A stretch of 64,000 nucleotides of DNA from Eledone cirrhosa. Lineage: Eukaryota. The notes below the pieces were generated by a model. The model had not been told where the DNA came from, made no database searches, and saw nothing but the letters and a program-made list of their open reading frames with translations. The DNA is taken from the NCBI GenBank assembly GCA_964016885.1, contig OZ024741.1:36332001-36396000 (forward strand), read 5' to 3'. This document shows, in pieces, positions 37,828 to 50,745 of the stretch (position 1 is its first letter; every line of letters starts with the position of its first letter). The position numbers and the translations under genes were made by a program.

Positions 37828-38034
37828 AAAACAGCAAACTAAAAACAGCAAACTAAAAGCAACACACCAAAAACAGCAAACTAAAAGTAACACACCAAAA
37901 ACAGCAAACTAAAAGCAACACACCAAAAACAGCAAACTAAAAGTAACACACCAAAAACAGCAAACTAAAAGCAACACACCAAAAACAGCAAATTAAAAGC
38001 AACACACCAAAAATAGGAAACTAAAAGCAACACA

Positions 38035-38068
<34 letters not shown>

Positions 38069-40480
38069 CCGTTTTACGTCCGTTCTTCCACGCTAGCATG
38101 GGTTAGACGGGTTGTCCTGTTGTGGGCAGTGTCTGGTCGGCTGACCATGCCTTGCTCATACAGGAACTGATTTGGCTTGATTTCTACAATTGGATGCCCT
38201 TCCTAACACCAACCTCATTTACAGTGAGTGCTGGGTGCTTTTTCGTGGCGCCTACACGTCCACTTTACAGTGTGGGCTGGGTGCTTTTTTGCCATGGCAC
38301 CTCCACGACCACCTTGCAGTGGGAGGGTGTGGGGGCATATTGTCTATATGCTTCAGCTTGTACCCATGGGAGGTCGGGTACTCTGTATTACTGCGTGACG
38401 CCAGAGGTCACGGTCGTGTGTCATCGCCTTTGAGAGGTGTAATTGGGTAAGGTCGGCTTTTATCACCTCATCCCAGGTCATCTTGGGTCTCCCCACCTCC
38501 GCGGTTTCCATCGACTTCTAGTGCCCTGCACCTTTTTATGCAGCTGTCATCCTTCATACGCATCACATGTCCATACCAACGCAACTGCCTCTCCTGCACA
38601 CAGCATTTGATTCCTCTTATGCTCAGTCTCTCTCTCAATTCATTTATGCTTTGTTGTTCACGTATATTACTGTTACACATCCATCGGAGCATGCAGGCTT
38701 CATTTCTCTCTAATCTACGTAAGTCTTCCACCTTCAGCGCCCAGGTCTCACTACCATGTAACATTGCTGTTCGGATACACGCATTATACAGTCTGCCTTT
38801 CATTTTAAGGGAGAAGCCTTTTGCAACTAGCAGTGGCAGTAGTTCCCTGAACTTCTTCCATTCCGTTCTTACCCTAGTTATTGTACTTTCTGAACACCCA
38901 CCTCCGCTGCTAATTCGGTCACCTAGGTAGCAGAAGCTGTCTCCTGTCTCTACAGAGCCCTCCCAGAGATTGGTGGTGCTTGTTTCCTGTGGCTGTTTGC
39001 TGCTTGCTGTCCCAGTACAGCTGCTGCATGTGAAACCTACATTCTTAATTAAGCTTCCTGAGATCCCGCTACATCTCTTGTGTACCCATTGTTTGTATTT
39101 GGGGCAGAGAATGGAGTTCCTACCTACACCTTTCCAACATACTGAGCAAGGCCATTTCCCTGAGGGGATCTGGGTTCTGTTTTCTCGTCTACTTACAAGG
39201 ACCTTAGTCTTTGTCATGTTGACTTTGAGACCCTTTCTTTCTAGTCCCTGCTTCCAAATTTGGAATTTCTTCTCTAGTTCTACCATAGATTCCACTATAA
39301 GTGCGAGGTCATCAGCATACAGGAGTTCCCATGGGCATCCGGTCTTAAACTCCTCCGTTATTGCCTGCAGGACTATGATGAACAGGAGTGGGCTAAGAAC
39401 AGAGCCCTGGTGAACCCCAACCTGTACGCTAAATTCCTCACTATACTCATTGCTAATCCTAACTTTGCTGACTGCTTTCACAAGCCATTCATCTACTCCT
39501 AGTTTTCTAAGAGCCCACCAGATTACAGCACGTGGAACTCTGTCAAAGGCTTTCTCGAGATCGACGAATGCCAGGTAGAGTGGCTTACTTTTAGCTAGGT
39601 ACTTTTCCTGTAACTGCCTCACAAGGAAGAGGGCATCAGTGGTGCCTCTTCCTGGTACAAACCCAAATTGCATCTCATCTAGTTTCACCCGGTCCCTAAT
39701 CAACTGTGCTATAACTCTTTCTGTTACTTTCATGACCTGGTCCATCAGCTTTATACCTCTATAGTTTCCTCTATCGAGTGTATCACCTTTACCTTTGTAG
39801 CAGTTAACAATGATGCTACTACACCAATCTTTTGGTATGACACCTTCTAGTATTACCTGGTTAACAATACGTATGGTTATAGTGTGACCTACAGACCCAG
39901 ATGCCTTCAGCATCTCGGCAGCTATACCCGATGGACCGGTTGCCTTCCCCATCTTCATATCTTTGATTGCCTTACTTTACTACTTAAAAATAGCAAACTA
40001 AAAACAGCACATTAAAAACAGCAAACTAAAAACAGCACACCGAAAACAGCACATTAAAAACAGCTCATTAAAAACAGCAAACTAAAAGCAGCACACTGAA
40101 AACAGCACATTGAAAACAGTAGAGTGAAAGCAACATACCGAAAACAGCACATTGAAAACAACAAACTAAAACCAGCATGATAAAAACAGCACATTAAAAA
40201 TAGCAAAATAAAAGCAGCACATTAAAAATAGCAAACTAAAAGCAACACACCAAAAACAGAAAACTAAAAGCAACACACCAAAAACAGCAAACTAAGAGCA
40301 ACACTCCTAAAACAGCAAACTAAAAGCAACACACCAAAAACAGCACATTAAAAATCGCTCATTAAAAAACAGCAAACTAAAAGCAGCACATTAAAAACAG
40401 CAAACTAAAAATAACATTAAAAACAGCACATTAAAAACAGCACATTATAAACAACAATTTAAAAACAATATACTAAAAAC
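37828..40480. repeat. AAAACAGC minisatellite, right part, interrupted by RTE-A at 38037-39983
   Basis: Same units as 11336-12523, including the AGTAGAGTGAAAGCAACATACCG variant block. Confidence 0.9.
38037..39983 (-). mobile_element. RTE LINE family A, 5'-truncated (ORF 38468-39958)
   Basis: Near-identical to 4289-6245; YADD present; small in-frame deletion and a C-terminal frameshift. Confidence 0.95.
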
Positions 40481-40617
40481 AGCATACTACAACATGCACA
40501 CAAAAGCCTGTACAATGAACAATGCACTAAAAATATCACAGTAAAGCCTATACAATAGAAACAGCATATTAAACACATTAAATCACATACTTACTCTTTA
40601 TCATATCTGATACAATA

Positions 40618-40808
40618 ATAATTATTTCTACTTTTGGCACAAGACCAGCAGTTATCCCAGTATATTACTGGTACTTTATTTTATCGACCCCGTAAGGATG
40701 AAAGGCAAAGTTAACCTCAGCGGGATTTGAACTCAGACCATAAAGGGCCGTAACTCTTTGCTGCAAAGCCTGGCATCCGGTCCTCTACCGATACTGTGAA
40801 TCCACCGA
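40618..40808 (-). mobile_element. SINE family 1 copy
   Basis: Full-length match to the 51775-51962 copy. Confidence 0.85.
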
Positions 40809-40954
40809 GATGCTTCTTCTTTCTGTGAATTTCTGGTAAGAAACTGTGATGTCAACCCAATTGTTACAAACGAATGAGGGTCCCACCGATCGCCAGTTGG
40901 GCAAGATCAGGACGAGGCTTTCACTCGGTGGCAACAAAAGGAATAGTTCTCATT

Positions 40955-40985
<31 letters not shown>

Positions 40986-41459
40986 CCTTATCTCATCTGA
41001 TTTGTATATCTTCCTGTAGAAAGTGATTGAAACAAATTATGAATTAAAGTATAGGGAAGGACCTCTCCACTTCACTTCATTTCACTTTTCTGTTGATCCT
41101 CCAGTATCATGGGGTGGGGCTGGGACATTATCTATGCAGTATATCTCGGGTAAACATTGTCTGGTAGAGCCCATCCATCTACTGGAAGTAAAATACCATG
41201 ATGGATAAGTATGAATAATGGAAATTTATATAGAGTTCTACATCTACTGATGAGGAAACTTATATAGAGTTTTACATCTGCTGAAGAGGATAGTTTCAGT
41301 GAAAGAGTTGATGTTTCAGGTAGAATTATCTCCATTGCAGAGTATCTTTCAATTTTAGGCAGGCTAACAGAAAAGATAGACTGTGACAGAAGTACAGGGA
41401 TAGTTGATAGTAAGAGCAGCAGTTAAATAAGCCTTTTCAAATCCAGGAAAAGCTTCATA

Positions 41460-42055
41460 CAAGTAGTTGATAGCTTCTGTTGCCTAGGTAACTAAATTAG
41501 CAGTCGGGAAGAGGTTGTTCTAAAAGTAATTGGAATAAAAACAGGATTGCAAAAATTTAGGGAGCTACTACCCCTGTTGGGAACATCTCTCTGAGCAAAT
41601 GGTAGATTGTGTGATGCCAGTTTGAAAAGTGTGGTGTTGCATGTTAGTAAAACATAGGTGGTGAATGCAAAGGATATATGAAGACTCAAGAGAAAGGAAT
41701 CAAGCATGCTCCATTGGATGTGTAATGTTAGTGTGAATGAACAATGAAGCACAGATGAGCTGAAAGAAAAACTAGGCATGAGAGGAATCAGATGTAAGAT
41801 TCAGGAAAGAAGGTTGCACTGGTACAGACACGTGATGTGTACGGATGATGATAGTTGGATGAAGAATTGCCAGGAAGCCGTGGAAAAGAAAGACCAAAAA
41901 AGATATAAACAGAAGCAATGAGCATTGATATGAAGACACTGAACCCCACAAAAAAAGATGACAAAGGAAAGAACCAAGTTAAGAGATGCTGTAATTGAGA
42001 GGTCTCATCTAATCCATGTGAACATGGGTAAAAAGGATATAAAAATGATGATGAT
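41460..42055 (+). mobile_element. old diverged RTE 3' fragment
   Basis: Residual VVDSFCCLG, KFRELLPLL and SMLHWMC motifs with many stops, then a GAT tail. Confidence 0.75.
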
Positions 42056-43055
42056 AACAGTGGATAAATATATGATTAATGGATTTTTCTAGAGTTCTAC
42101 AACTGCTGAAGAGGATTAGCACAGCCTCAACCAAAGGTTTTAAGTTTCAGATAAAATCACTAAGACTGCACTGCAATGTATCTTTCAATATCAAATCACT
42201 ACTTGAGTAAAACTACTGACCTTTTGGATATGCTTAGGGCCAGCATCTTACATATGTTTCTGTACTCTACTGAGTTTATTTTATCATAGCACCAGTACTA
42301 GAGAGGTTACTATGTCTTTGACACAGCTGAAAAGGCATCCTGGGTCGTTTGTAATAGTTTTTTTTCTTTTTGTTATAACTGGGTGTCCTCCCTGAATCTC
42401 TTTCAGAGTTAGGTTAAGGATACCCATGACAGTGGAACACTCCACCACATACATGTTATTTTCACAAGTAGGTCATTCCATTGAGCAAACAACTGGAACA
42501 TGCATAAGTGAACCAGCAGAGGTTTAACAGCAGCACATAAGATTTCTACAACTGCTGAGAGTCTCAGCTAAACTATTAATATTTCAAATACACTCACTGA
42601 CCCCACAATGTATCTTTCGATTCTGGTTGAGTGATTAATAAGTTTGCTTTGTTTTATGTAATTACTGTTTTAGTCATAAAGCTTAAACAATGTCAAAAGG
42701 GGTTGGAAAGACTCTTTAGCTATGTCATTGACATAGTAATTTCCTAGTGCTGATGTCAGGATAAAAATCACTCAGTACACTCTGCAGCTGGTATTAAGAT
42801 GGGCATCCAGCTGTAAAAGCCAATTGAAACAACAGGGCACCTCCCTAGTGCCATGGTAAAATATATCCAGTACACTATAAAGTGGTTGGCATTAGGAAGA
42901 ACATTCAGCTGTAGAAACTGTGCCAAAACTGGAATTATGTAAAGAAGACATGGACCCTGGCTCATCTTGAAGGACCATAACTCTGATTAAATACTGGCCT
43001 CATCTGTGACATTCTATCCAACCCATGCCAGCATAGAAAACATGTTAAATGATGA

Positions 43056-43230
43056 TAATTGTTTCTACTTTTGGCACAAGGCCAGCAATTATCTCAGGGT
43101 ATTACTGGTACTTTATTTTAACGACCCCGTAAGGATGAAAGGCAAAGTTAACCTCGACAGGATTTAAACGCAGACCATAAAGGACCGTAACTCTTTGTTG
43201 CAAAGCATGGCGTCCGACCCTCTACCGATG
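43056..43230 (-). mobile_element. SINE family 1 copy
   Basis: Sequence match to the other copies. Confidence 0.85.
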
Positions 43231-43489
43231 ATGATAATGATTTAGACCAGGGTTTCCCAATCTGGATGATATAGGATTTAGTGGACGATAAAGGATTTCG
43301 AGTATTAAGAAAGTATTTCACCATATACTAACCCCCCAAAAATATTCAAAGATATGCAAAGAACCTGTATAAAAAAAACAAAAACAAACAGGAAGTTAAA
43401 AGGTAATAACAAACCAGTAATAAACTTTTACCAAACATTTTTGGTATGTTTTTAAATATTTACTATACAGGTGGGCTGTGGAAAACCTT

Positions 43490-43709
43490 TACTACTACTA
43501 CTACCACTACTACTACTACTACCACTACTACTACTGTTGCTGCTACTGCTACTACTACTGCTGCTGCTGCTACCACCACTGCTGCTGCTATTACCACCAC
43601 TGCTGCTGCTGTTGCTACTACTACTGTTACTACTACCACCACCACCATTACTACTACCACCACTACTACTACCACCACCACCACCACCACCACCACCACC
43701 ACCACCACC

Positions 43710-43741
<32 letters not shown>

Positions 43742-43935
43742 CACTAACACCACCAACACCACCAACACCACCACTACCACCACCACCACCACTACTAATA
43801 CTACTACCACCACCACTACTACCACCACTACCACCACCAACATCACCACTACCACCATTACTACTAACACCTCCACTACCACTACTACTACTACTACTAC
43901 TACAAATATAATGATTACTATAGCTACTACTATTA
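43490..43935. repeat. compound trinucleotide microsatellite (ACT/ACC/GCT)n
   Basis: Directly visible. Confidence 0.95.
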
Positions 43936-44039
43936 GTTCAATGTATAGTTGGTGTCACAGCTGAGCTTACTATTCTTCTCACATCAGGAATTCACATGGT
44001 CACAGATGTGTGTTCCTGAGTGTGGGTGTATGGAGATGT

Positions 44040-45111
44040 GTTGGGGTGTATGTGTGTGTGTAGTGTGTGTGTATGTGTGGTGTAGCATGTGTGTGTGTGT
44101 GTAGTGTGTGTGTGTGTGTGGTGTGTGCTGTGTGGTGTAGCATGTGTGTGTGTGTAGTGTGTGTGTAGTGTGTGTGTGTGATGTGTGCTGTGTGGTGTAG
44201 CATGTGTGTGTGTAGTGTGTGTGTGTGGTGTGTGCTGTGTGATGTAGCATGTGTGTGTGTAGTGTGTGCTGTGTGGTGTAGCATGTGTGTGTGTAGTGTG
44301 TGTATGTAGTGTGTGTGGTTAGAAAAAGCTATCTCACCGCTTTTCATAGGCGCCACTAGATCCCATGGCTGGTTTCTCCTCTTCCACGTGCGTACAATCC
44401 AACTCGTTAAAACCGGGAGCTGCAAAACTGACATCCACCACGTTCCTGATCACCGCTAGAGAGAGACCGACCTGCTGGCCCTTCCGATCAAGCACCCTTC
44501 CGGCCAAGCACCCTTCCGGTCAAGCACTCTTCCGGCCAAGCACCCTTCTGGTCAAGCACTCTTCCGGTCGAGCACTCCCCAGCTTCCGGCCACCGCACAC
44601 CACACCATACCCACAGTGTGTGTAGTGTAGCATGTGTGTGTGTGTAGTGTGTGTGGTGTAGCATGTGTGTGTGTGTAGTGTGTGTGGTGTAGCATGTGTG
44701 TGTGTGTGTGGTGTAGCATGTGTGTGTGTGTGTGAGTGTGTGTGTGTTGTGTGTGTGGTGTGTGCTGTGTGGTGTAGCATGTGTGTGTGTTGTGTGTGTG
44801 TGTGTGTGGTGTAGCATGTGTGTGTGTTGTGTGTGTGGTATGTGTGTGTGTAGTGTGTTGTGTAGTGTGTGTGTGTGTAGTGTGTGTGTGTGCTGTGTGG
44901 TGTAGCATGTGTGTGTGTTGTGTGTGTGTAGTGTGTTGTGTAGTGTGTGTGTGTGTAGTGTGTGTGTGTGCTGTGTGGTGTAGCATGTGTGTGTGTTGTG
45001 TGTGTGTGTGGTGTGTGGTGTAGCATGTGTGTGTGTGTGTGGTGTAGCATGTGTATGTGGTGTGTATGTGTGGTGCGTGTGTGTGTGTATGTGGTGTAGC
45101 ATGTGTGTGTG

Positions 45112-45143
<32 letters not shown>

Positions 45144-45722
45144 TGTAGTATGTGTGTAGTGTGTGTGCGTGGTGTAGCATGTGTGTGTATTGTGTGTTGT
45201 GTGTGTGTGTGTGGTGTGTGTGTGTTGTGTGTGTGGTATGTGTGTGTGTAGTGTGTTGTGTAGTGTCTGTGTGTGTGTGTGGTATGTGTATTGTGTGTGT
45301 AGTGTATGTGTATTTTGTGTGTGTTGTGTGTGTGTGTCTGTGTTGTGTGTAGTGTGTGTGGTATGTACATGTGTGTAGTGTGAGTGTGTGTGTGTATGGT
45401 GTAGTGTAAGTGTTGTGTGTATGGTGTGTGTGTAATGTGTGTGATGTATGTGTACATGGTGTAAGTGCATATGTGTGTGTGTGTGTGGCGTAAGTGCATG
45501 TATGTATATGTGTGTGTATGTATGTGTGTATATGTATGTGTGTGTGTGTGTGTGTATATGTATGTGTGTTGTGTGTGTGTGCGTGTGTATATGTATGTGT
45601 GTTGTGTGTTGTGTGTGTATATATGTATGTGTGTTGTGTGTGTATATATGTATGTGTGTGTATATATGTATGTGTGTGTGTGTATATATGTATGTGTGTG
45701 TGTATATATGTGTGTGTGTGTG
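44040..45722. repeat. (GT)n-rich compound satellite with a GC-rich island at 44320-44610 containing a 16-bp repeat
   Basis: Recurrent GTGGTGTAGCATGTGTGT units; CTTCCGGCCAAGCACC occurs about 6 times at 44481-44590. Confidence 0.9.
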
Positions 45723-45937
45723 GCTACATTCATATTTTTATTTTTCACTGTTTAATCAAATTCTCTGAATTCAGTATTTCTGTCAACTTTAACCTCAACT
45801 CAAGACTCTAGGTCCCAGAGTCTTGAGTCTTGGCTAATGATCAATACAATTATAAATAGGATTCTTCTGAAGGGTCTTTGGAGTAACATCACTTGATAGG
45901 AGGCATAGCTCAGAGATCAGGGAGTCACTCCAGGTAT

Positions 45938-46300
45938 AATAATTGTTTCTACTTTTGGTACAAGGCCAGCAATTACACCAGCGCATTACTGGTACTTTAT
46001 TTTATCAACCCCGTAAGGATGATAGGCAAAGTTAACCTTGGCGGGATTTGAACTGAGAACGCAAAGGGCCATAACTCTATGCTGAAAAGCATGGTATCTG
46101 ACACTCTACCAATACTGCCAATCTTAATAATTGTTTCTACTTTTGGTACATGCCAGCGCATTACTGGTACTTTATTTTATCGACCCTGTAAGGACGAAAG
46201 GCAAAGTTAACCTCGGCGGAATTTGAACTCAGAACGTAAAGGGCCATAACTCTCTGCAAAGCATGGTGTCTGACACTCTATTGATACTGCCAGTCCACAG
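45938..46300 (-). mobile_element. two tandem SINE family 1 copies
   Basis: Copies at 45938-46122 and 46126-46300. Confidence 0.85.
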
Positions 46301-46375
46301 GTATAATAATAATAATAATAATAACAATGATTTCTACTGTAGGAGTGCATTACTGGTACTTTATTTTATCAACCC

Positions 46376-46825
46376 TGGGCATGGATACATTGAAGCTCCG
46401 ACGCCTGGCAACTGACTTGGTAAACACCCACAAAATTGTTAACCATCTTGCCAACAACAACCCTGAGCACCTTTTTGATTTCCATGTCTAACACACGTGG
46501 ACATACCCACAAAGTCAGAAAACAGCACAGTTCCCATGACTTTCGGAAACATTTTTTCACGCTCAGAGTTGCTGAAGCATGGAACAAACTACCTGCATCA
46601 GTTGTTAGCTGTCGAGACACTGCATCCTTTAAGGCCTCCATGCTTCCCAAGATTCGCCAACACTACACCTAATATTCCTCCTCCATTCACATGCACACAT
46701 GTATATTATGACTCATACACTATTCACTTCCCTGACATTTGTGTATTATTCTATGTACTATACATACACCTTTGACGAGTTGTAGTGCACCTGAGCACTT
46801 TACACAATAATTTCATTATTATTAT
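46376..46825 (+). mobile_element. CR1-like LINE 3' fragment
   Basis: NTRGHTHKVRKQ..RKHFFTLRVAEAWNKLPASVV..ASFK is the typical CR1 ORF2 C-terminus; (ATT)n tail. Confidence 0.8.
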
Positions 46826-47721
46826 AAAGCTAACATTGGCGGGATTTAAACTCAGATGAAATTATTGTGTACAGTGCTCGGGTGCACTACAACTCATCAA
46901 AAGTACAGCCACTACTTCTCCACATCACAGCTCTGGTACTAGGGACATGTGGTTAGAATGTCTAAGAAAAGAATTGAAATTCATGGTGTTTCTATCTAAT
47001 ATGTTTACTTTATACAGCAAGGTTAAATTCTATGTTTATTAAAAAAAAGTGTATCTTACATTTTGAATATGTATATTTGTGTGTAAATATATGTATGTAG
47101 TCTTGGGTCTCAAATAATCGTCATCGTTGTCCCTCCCCCTCCCCGCTTATTTTTTCCGATTTTTTTAAACCCCCCCCCCCCCCCCACACACACACACACG
47201 CACACAAACACACACCAGCTTATTAAATTTTGCTAATCTATCTCTGGCAAAATTTTATTTTAATTTTGTTTTGACATTAAAAAATATTATACATGACAAA
47301 AAAGTACATTACAAGAAATCCCATATGTTATAAAATAAATAGAATGACTAATTCTGGTTTAAAAAAAAAAAAACAAGGAGACAACCTAGAAACATTACAG
47401 ATTTTCAACCCCCCACCTCTTACTCCACCCACCCTGCTTATTCCACACACCCACCCCCATTATTTGGGACACGAGAGTATGTATGTTTGTGGAGGAGGTA
47501 TTTGTATTATATTTGAAGGTGTGTGGTTTAGTAGTTGTGGTGCTGAGTCCATAATCTTACAATCATGAGTTTGATTCCCAGTGGGTGGGCATGTTGTGTT
47601 CTAGAGACAGATGCTTTATTTCACATTGCTTCCATCCACTCAGCTAGCAAAATAATTTGTATTTATAATTCAAAGAGCCAGCATTGTCATACATAGTACC
47701 ATATTTAGGACGAATGAATCC

Positions 47722-49058
47722 CTGTGTTAGTTAGGTAATGAGGTTCTGTGTTAGTTAAGTTATGAGGCCTTGTGTTAGTTAAGTTATGAGGCCTTGTGTT
47801 AGTTAAGTTATGAGGCCTTTTGTTAGTTAAGTTATGAGGCTCTGTGGTAGTAAGTTATGAGGCCTTGTGTTAGTTAAGTTATGAGGCCTTGTGTTAGTTA
47901 AGTTATGAGGCCTTGTGTTAGTTAAGTTATGAGGCCTTGTGTTAGTTAAGTTATGAGGCTCTGTGGTAGTAAGTTATGAGGCCTTGTGTTAGTTAAGTTA
48001 TGAGGCCTTGTGTTAGTTAAGTTATGAGGCCTTTTGTTAGTTAAGTTATGAGGCTCTGTGGTAGTAAGTTATGAGGCCTTGTGTTAGTTAAGTTATGAGG
48101 CCTTGTGTTAGTTAAGTTATGAGGCCTTGTGTTAGTTAAGTTATGAGGCTCTGTGGTAGTAAGTTATGAGGCCTTGTGTTAGTTAAGTTATGAGGCCTTG
48201 TGTTAGTTAAGTTATGAAGCTCTGTGGTAGTAAGTTATGAGGCTTTGTTAGTTAAGTTATGAGGCTCTGTGGTAGTAAGTTATGAGGCCTTGTGTTAGTT
48301 AAGTTATGAGGCCTTGTGTTAGTTAAGTTATGAGGCCTTTTGTTAGTTAAGTTATGAGGCTCTGTGGTAGTAAGTTATGAGGCCTTGTGTTAGTTAAGTT
48401 ATGAGGCCTTCATCATCATCATCATCATCATCATACGTCCGCTTTTCCCTGCTTGCAAGGGTGGAACAGGAACTGATTCGGGCTTGATTTCTACAGCTAG
48501 ATGCTCTTCCTAACACCAACCTCATTTACAGTGAGTGCTGGGTGCTTTTTTGCTGTGGCACCTCCACGACCACTTCACAGTGGAATGATATGGACCCCAG
48601 TCCCTATCATCTCATTTCTACAGCTGAGTAAACTGGAGCAATGTGAAATAAAGTGTCTTGCTCAAGGAAACAACACATCACCCAGTCTGAGAATTGAAAT
48701 CACAACCTTTCGATTGCAAGGCCAATTCTCTAACCACTAGAGGCCTTGTGTTAGTTAAGTTATGAGGCTCTGTGGTAGTTAAGTTATGAGGCCTTGTGTT
48801 AGTAAAGTTATGAGGCCTTGTGTTAATTAAGTTATGAGGCTCTGTGTTAATTAAGTTATGAGACCTTGTGTTAGTTAAGTTATGAGGCTCTGTGTTAGTT
48901 AAGTTATGAGGCTCTGTGTTAGTTAAGTTATGAGGCCTTGTGTTCGTTAAGTTATGAGGCCTTATGTTAGTTAAGTTATGAGGCTCTGTGTTAGTTAAGT
49001 TATGAGGCTCTGTGGTAGTTAAGTTATGAGGCCTTGTGTTAGTTAAGTTATGAGGCCC
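47722..49058. repeat. 24-bp minisatellite GTGTTAGTTAAGTTATGAGGCCTT interrupted by a SINE
   Basis: Directly visible tandem array. Confidence 0.95.
48411..48739 (-). mobile_element. SINE family 2 copy inserted in the 24-bp satellite
   Basis: tRNA-like head at the right, (CAT)n at the left, and GAGGCCTT on both flanks. Confidence 0.85.
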
Positions 49059-49434
49059 CTTTGAACGTTTGACATTTGAAAAACATTTGAAAAAATTCCT
49101 CGTAAAAAGTTTTTTTGGCAAGAAGATGGGCCCACCTAAGCACAATGGTAAATCTAGCACAGGTCTTACGCTGTGGTCCTATAGAATCTCCCTGATAACT
49201 ATGCTAAGGTTACACATGTCTCTGGAATGCTCAATATTAATTTCAGTTGTTCAAACAACTATGACTTATCGTTGGAACCAATGGCTCCAACAGTCAACAA
49301 GTATTGTGTATATATGGCTGCTGTTACAGATTGGCTTCATTCCTTGAAGTAGGTTTCAAAACTGATCCTAAAGAAGCAAGGATTTATTGTAATACTATAA
49401 ATTAGGGAGCAGAGGTTGTGCTGCCAATACTTAC

Positions 49435-49488
49435 CTTCTTTCTTTCTACATTTCCTTTGTTCTTTTCACTAATATTGCTTTTATTTTT
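49435..49488 (-). CDS. candidate 54-nt host exon (KNKSNISEKNKGNVERKK)
   Basis: Acceptor TTTTCTTTATCCACAG, donor AAG|GTAAGT, length divisible by 3 and open frame; no homology evidence. Confidence 0.3.
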
Positions 49489-49781
49489 CTGTGGATAAAG
49501 AAAACAATTCTATTTATATCACAAAAATATATAGAAATGTTACAACTTGCTATTTATCTATCTATCAAGGGTTGTTCTATCTACGAGGTGTAAAACAACC
49601 CCGCAGTAACGTTCCCCCCTATTAGGGATTTCAATTGTTTTATTTTATATATAGTTTATTGTTATTCATTATTGTTAAAGATTTTATGTAAAACCCCAGC
49701 TGTCATGTTTTGTAATGTCCCATGTTTGTACGCCCTTGTGGCAAATAAAGAAAGATAGCTATCTATCTATCTATCTTTTGT

Positions 49782-50745
49782 ATGGGCGACTGGCACATCG
49801 AATGTGCTCAGGCGCTCACAGCCCTCTGGCAGGCGGACCCGGCGATCAGTGGAGACTCCACTTTGTCATTCTATAGAGGGTTGATCCGCAGCAAGTGCGA
49901 CGACGCACTCGGTGAAACTCTAGGCGTAGAGGAAGATGAACTGGCCAGTCTGTTCAATAGGACCTTCCGCCCGGGACCGATGGACAACTTCCAAAAGTCC
50001 CTGGCCTTGCAGTGCTACCGAGGAGCTCTACCAGTTCAAGACAAGCTCTACAGACATGGGCGCCCGGGCAGGGACCCTGCAAAAAAGATCTGTCCGAGGT
50101 GCGAGACGAAGAAACCGTCGCGCACGCATTCATACACTGCCCGGGCGTCACTGACTTGTGGGGCTATGTAGAACCACTATTGTCGCGGGTGGGACCAATC
50201 CGGTTGACCACCGAGTCCATTGTCATGAACAAACTGCCACCCTCCTTCAAAAACGAAGGAGAGGCGGTTTTCCTTTGTGTGATAGCTATGGCGAAAGAGG
50301 TTGTATGGTGGACAAGGTTGAAAGGGCTGAGGTCAGACACCTTTCTCTCCGGCCAACAACTGATATTTTTTTCAAATACCACTTTGGAAGAAGAATCAGG
50401 ATGGAGAGAGAGGTGCTGTACCCCAGCAAGTTTTATGAAAGGTGGGTGAAAGTGGCGAGAATGGCCCGAGTGAATGGGCCTTCTCTCTATATCAGCCTGT
50501 AGGTTGAGGAAAAGGAGGAGGAGAGGAAGGGAGTACAAATTCTTCGTACTCCTGGAGATGAGGGTTGCACATTTTTTCGGGGGTATGTGTTACCCATATG
50601 AACTGTCTCCCCCTATTGGGGAAAATCGACTAATTTTTTAAATTGCATTTGTGATAATATTTTACACGTTTTTATTGTATGTAAACTTCCCCCTTTGTAT
50701 TTGTCCCCTTCTTTTGTGCCCCTCTGGCCAATAAAGAAACATATC
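49782..50745 (+). mobile_element. Tx1/L1-like LINE 3' fragment, same family as 26928-27953
   Basis: WHIECAQALTALWQ..MDNFQKSLALQCYRGALPV..KICPRC, AATAAAG tail, (TATC)n on both flanks. Confidence 0.82.

Noticed and set aside
41248-41312. CTGATGA and CTGAAGA...GAAA hammerhead-like cores
   Set aside because: No pairable stem II or stem I could be found.
43446-45811. Thr-rich mucin-like and His/Thr-rich ORFs
   Set aside because: They are translations of tri- and dinucleotide microsatellites.
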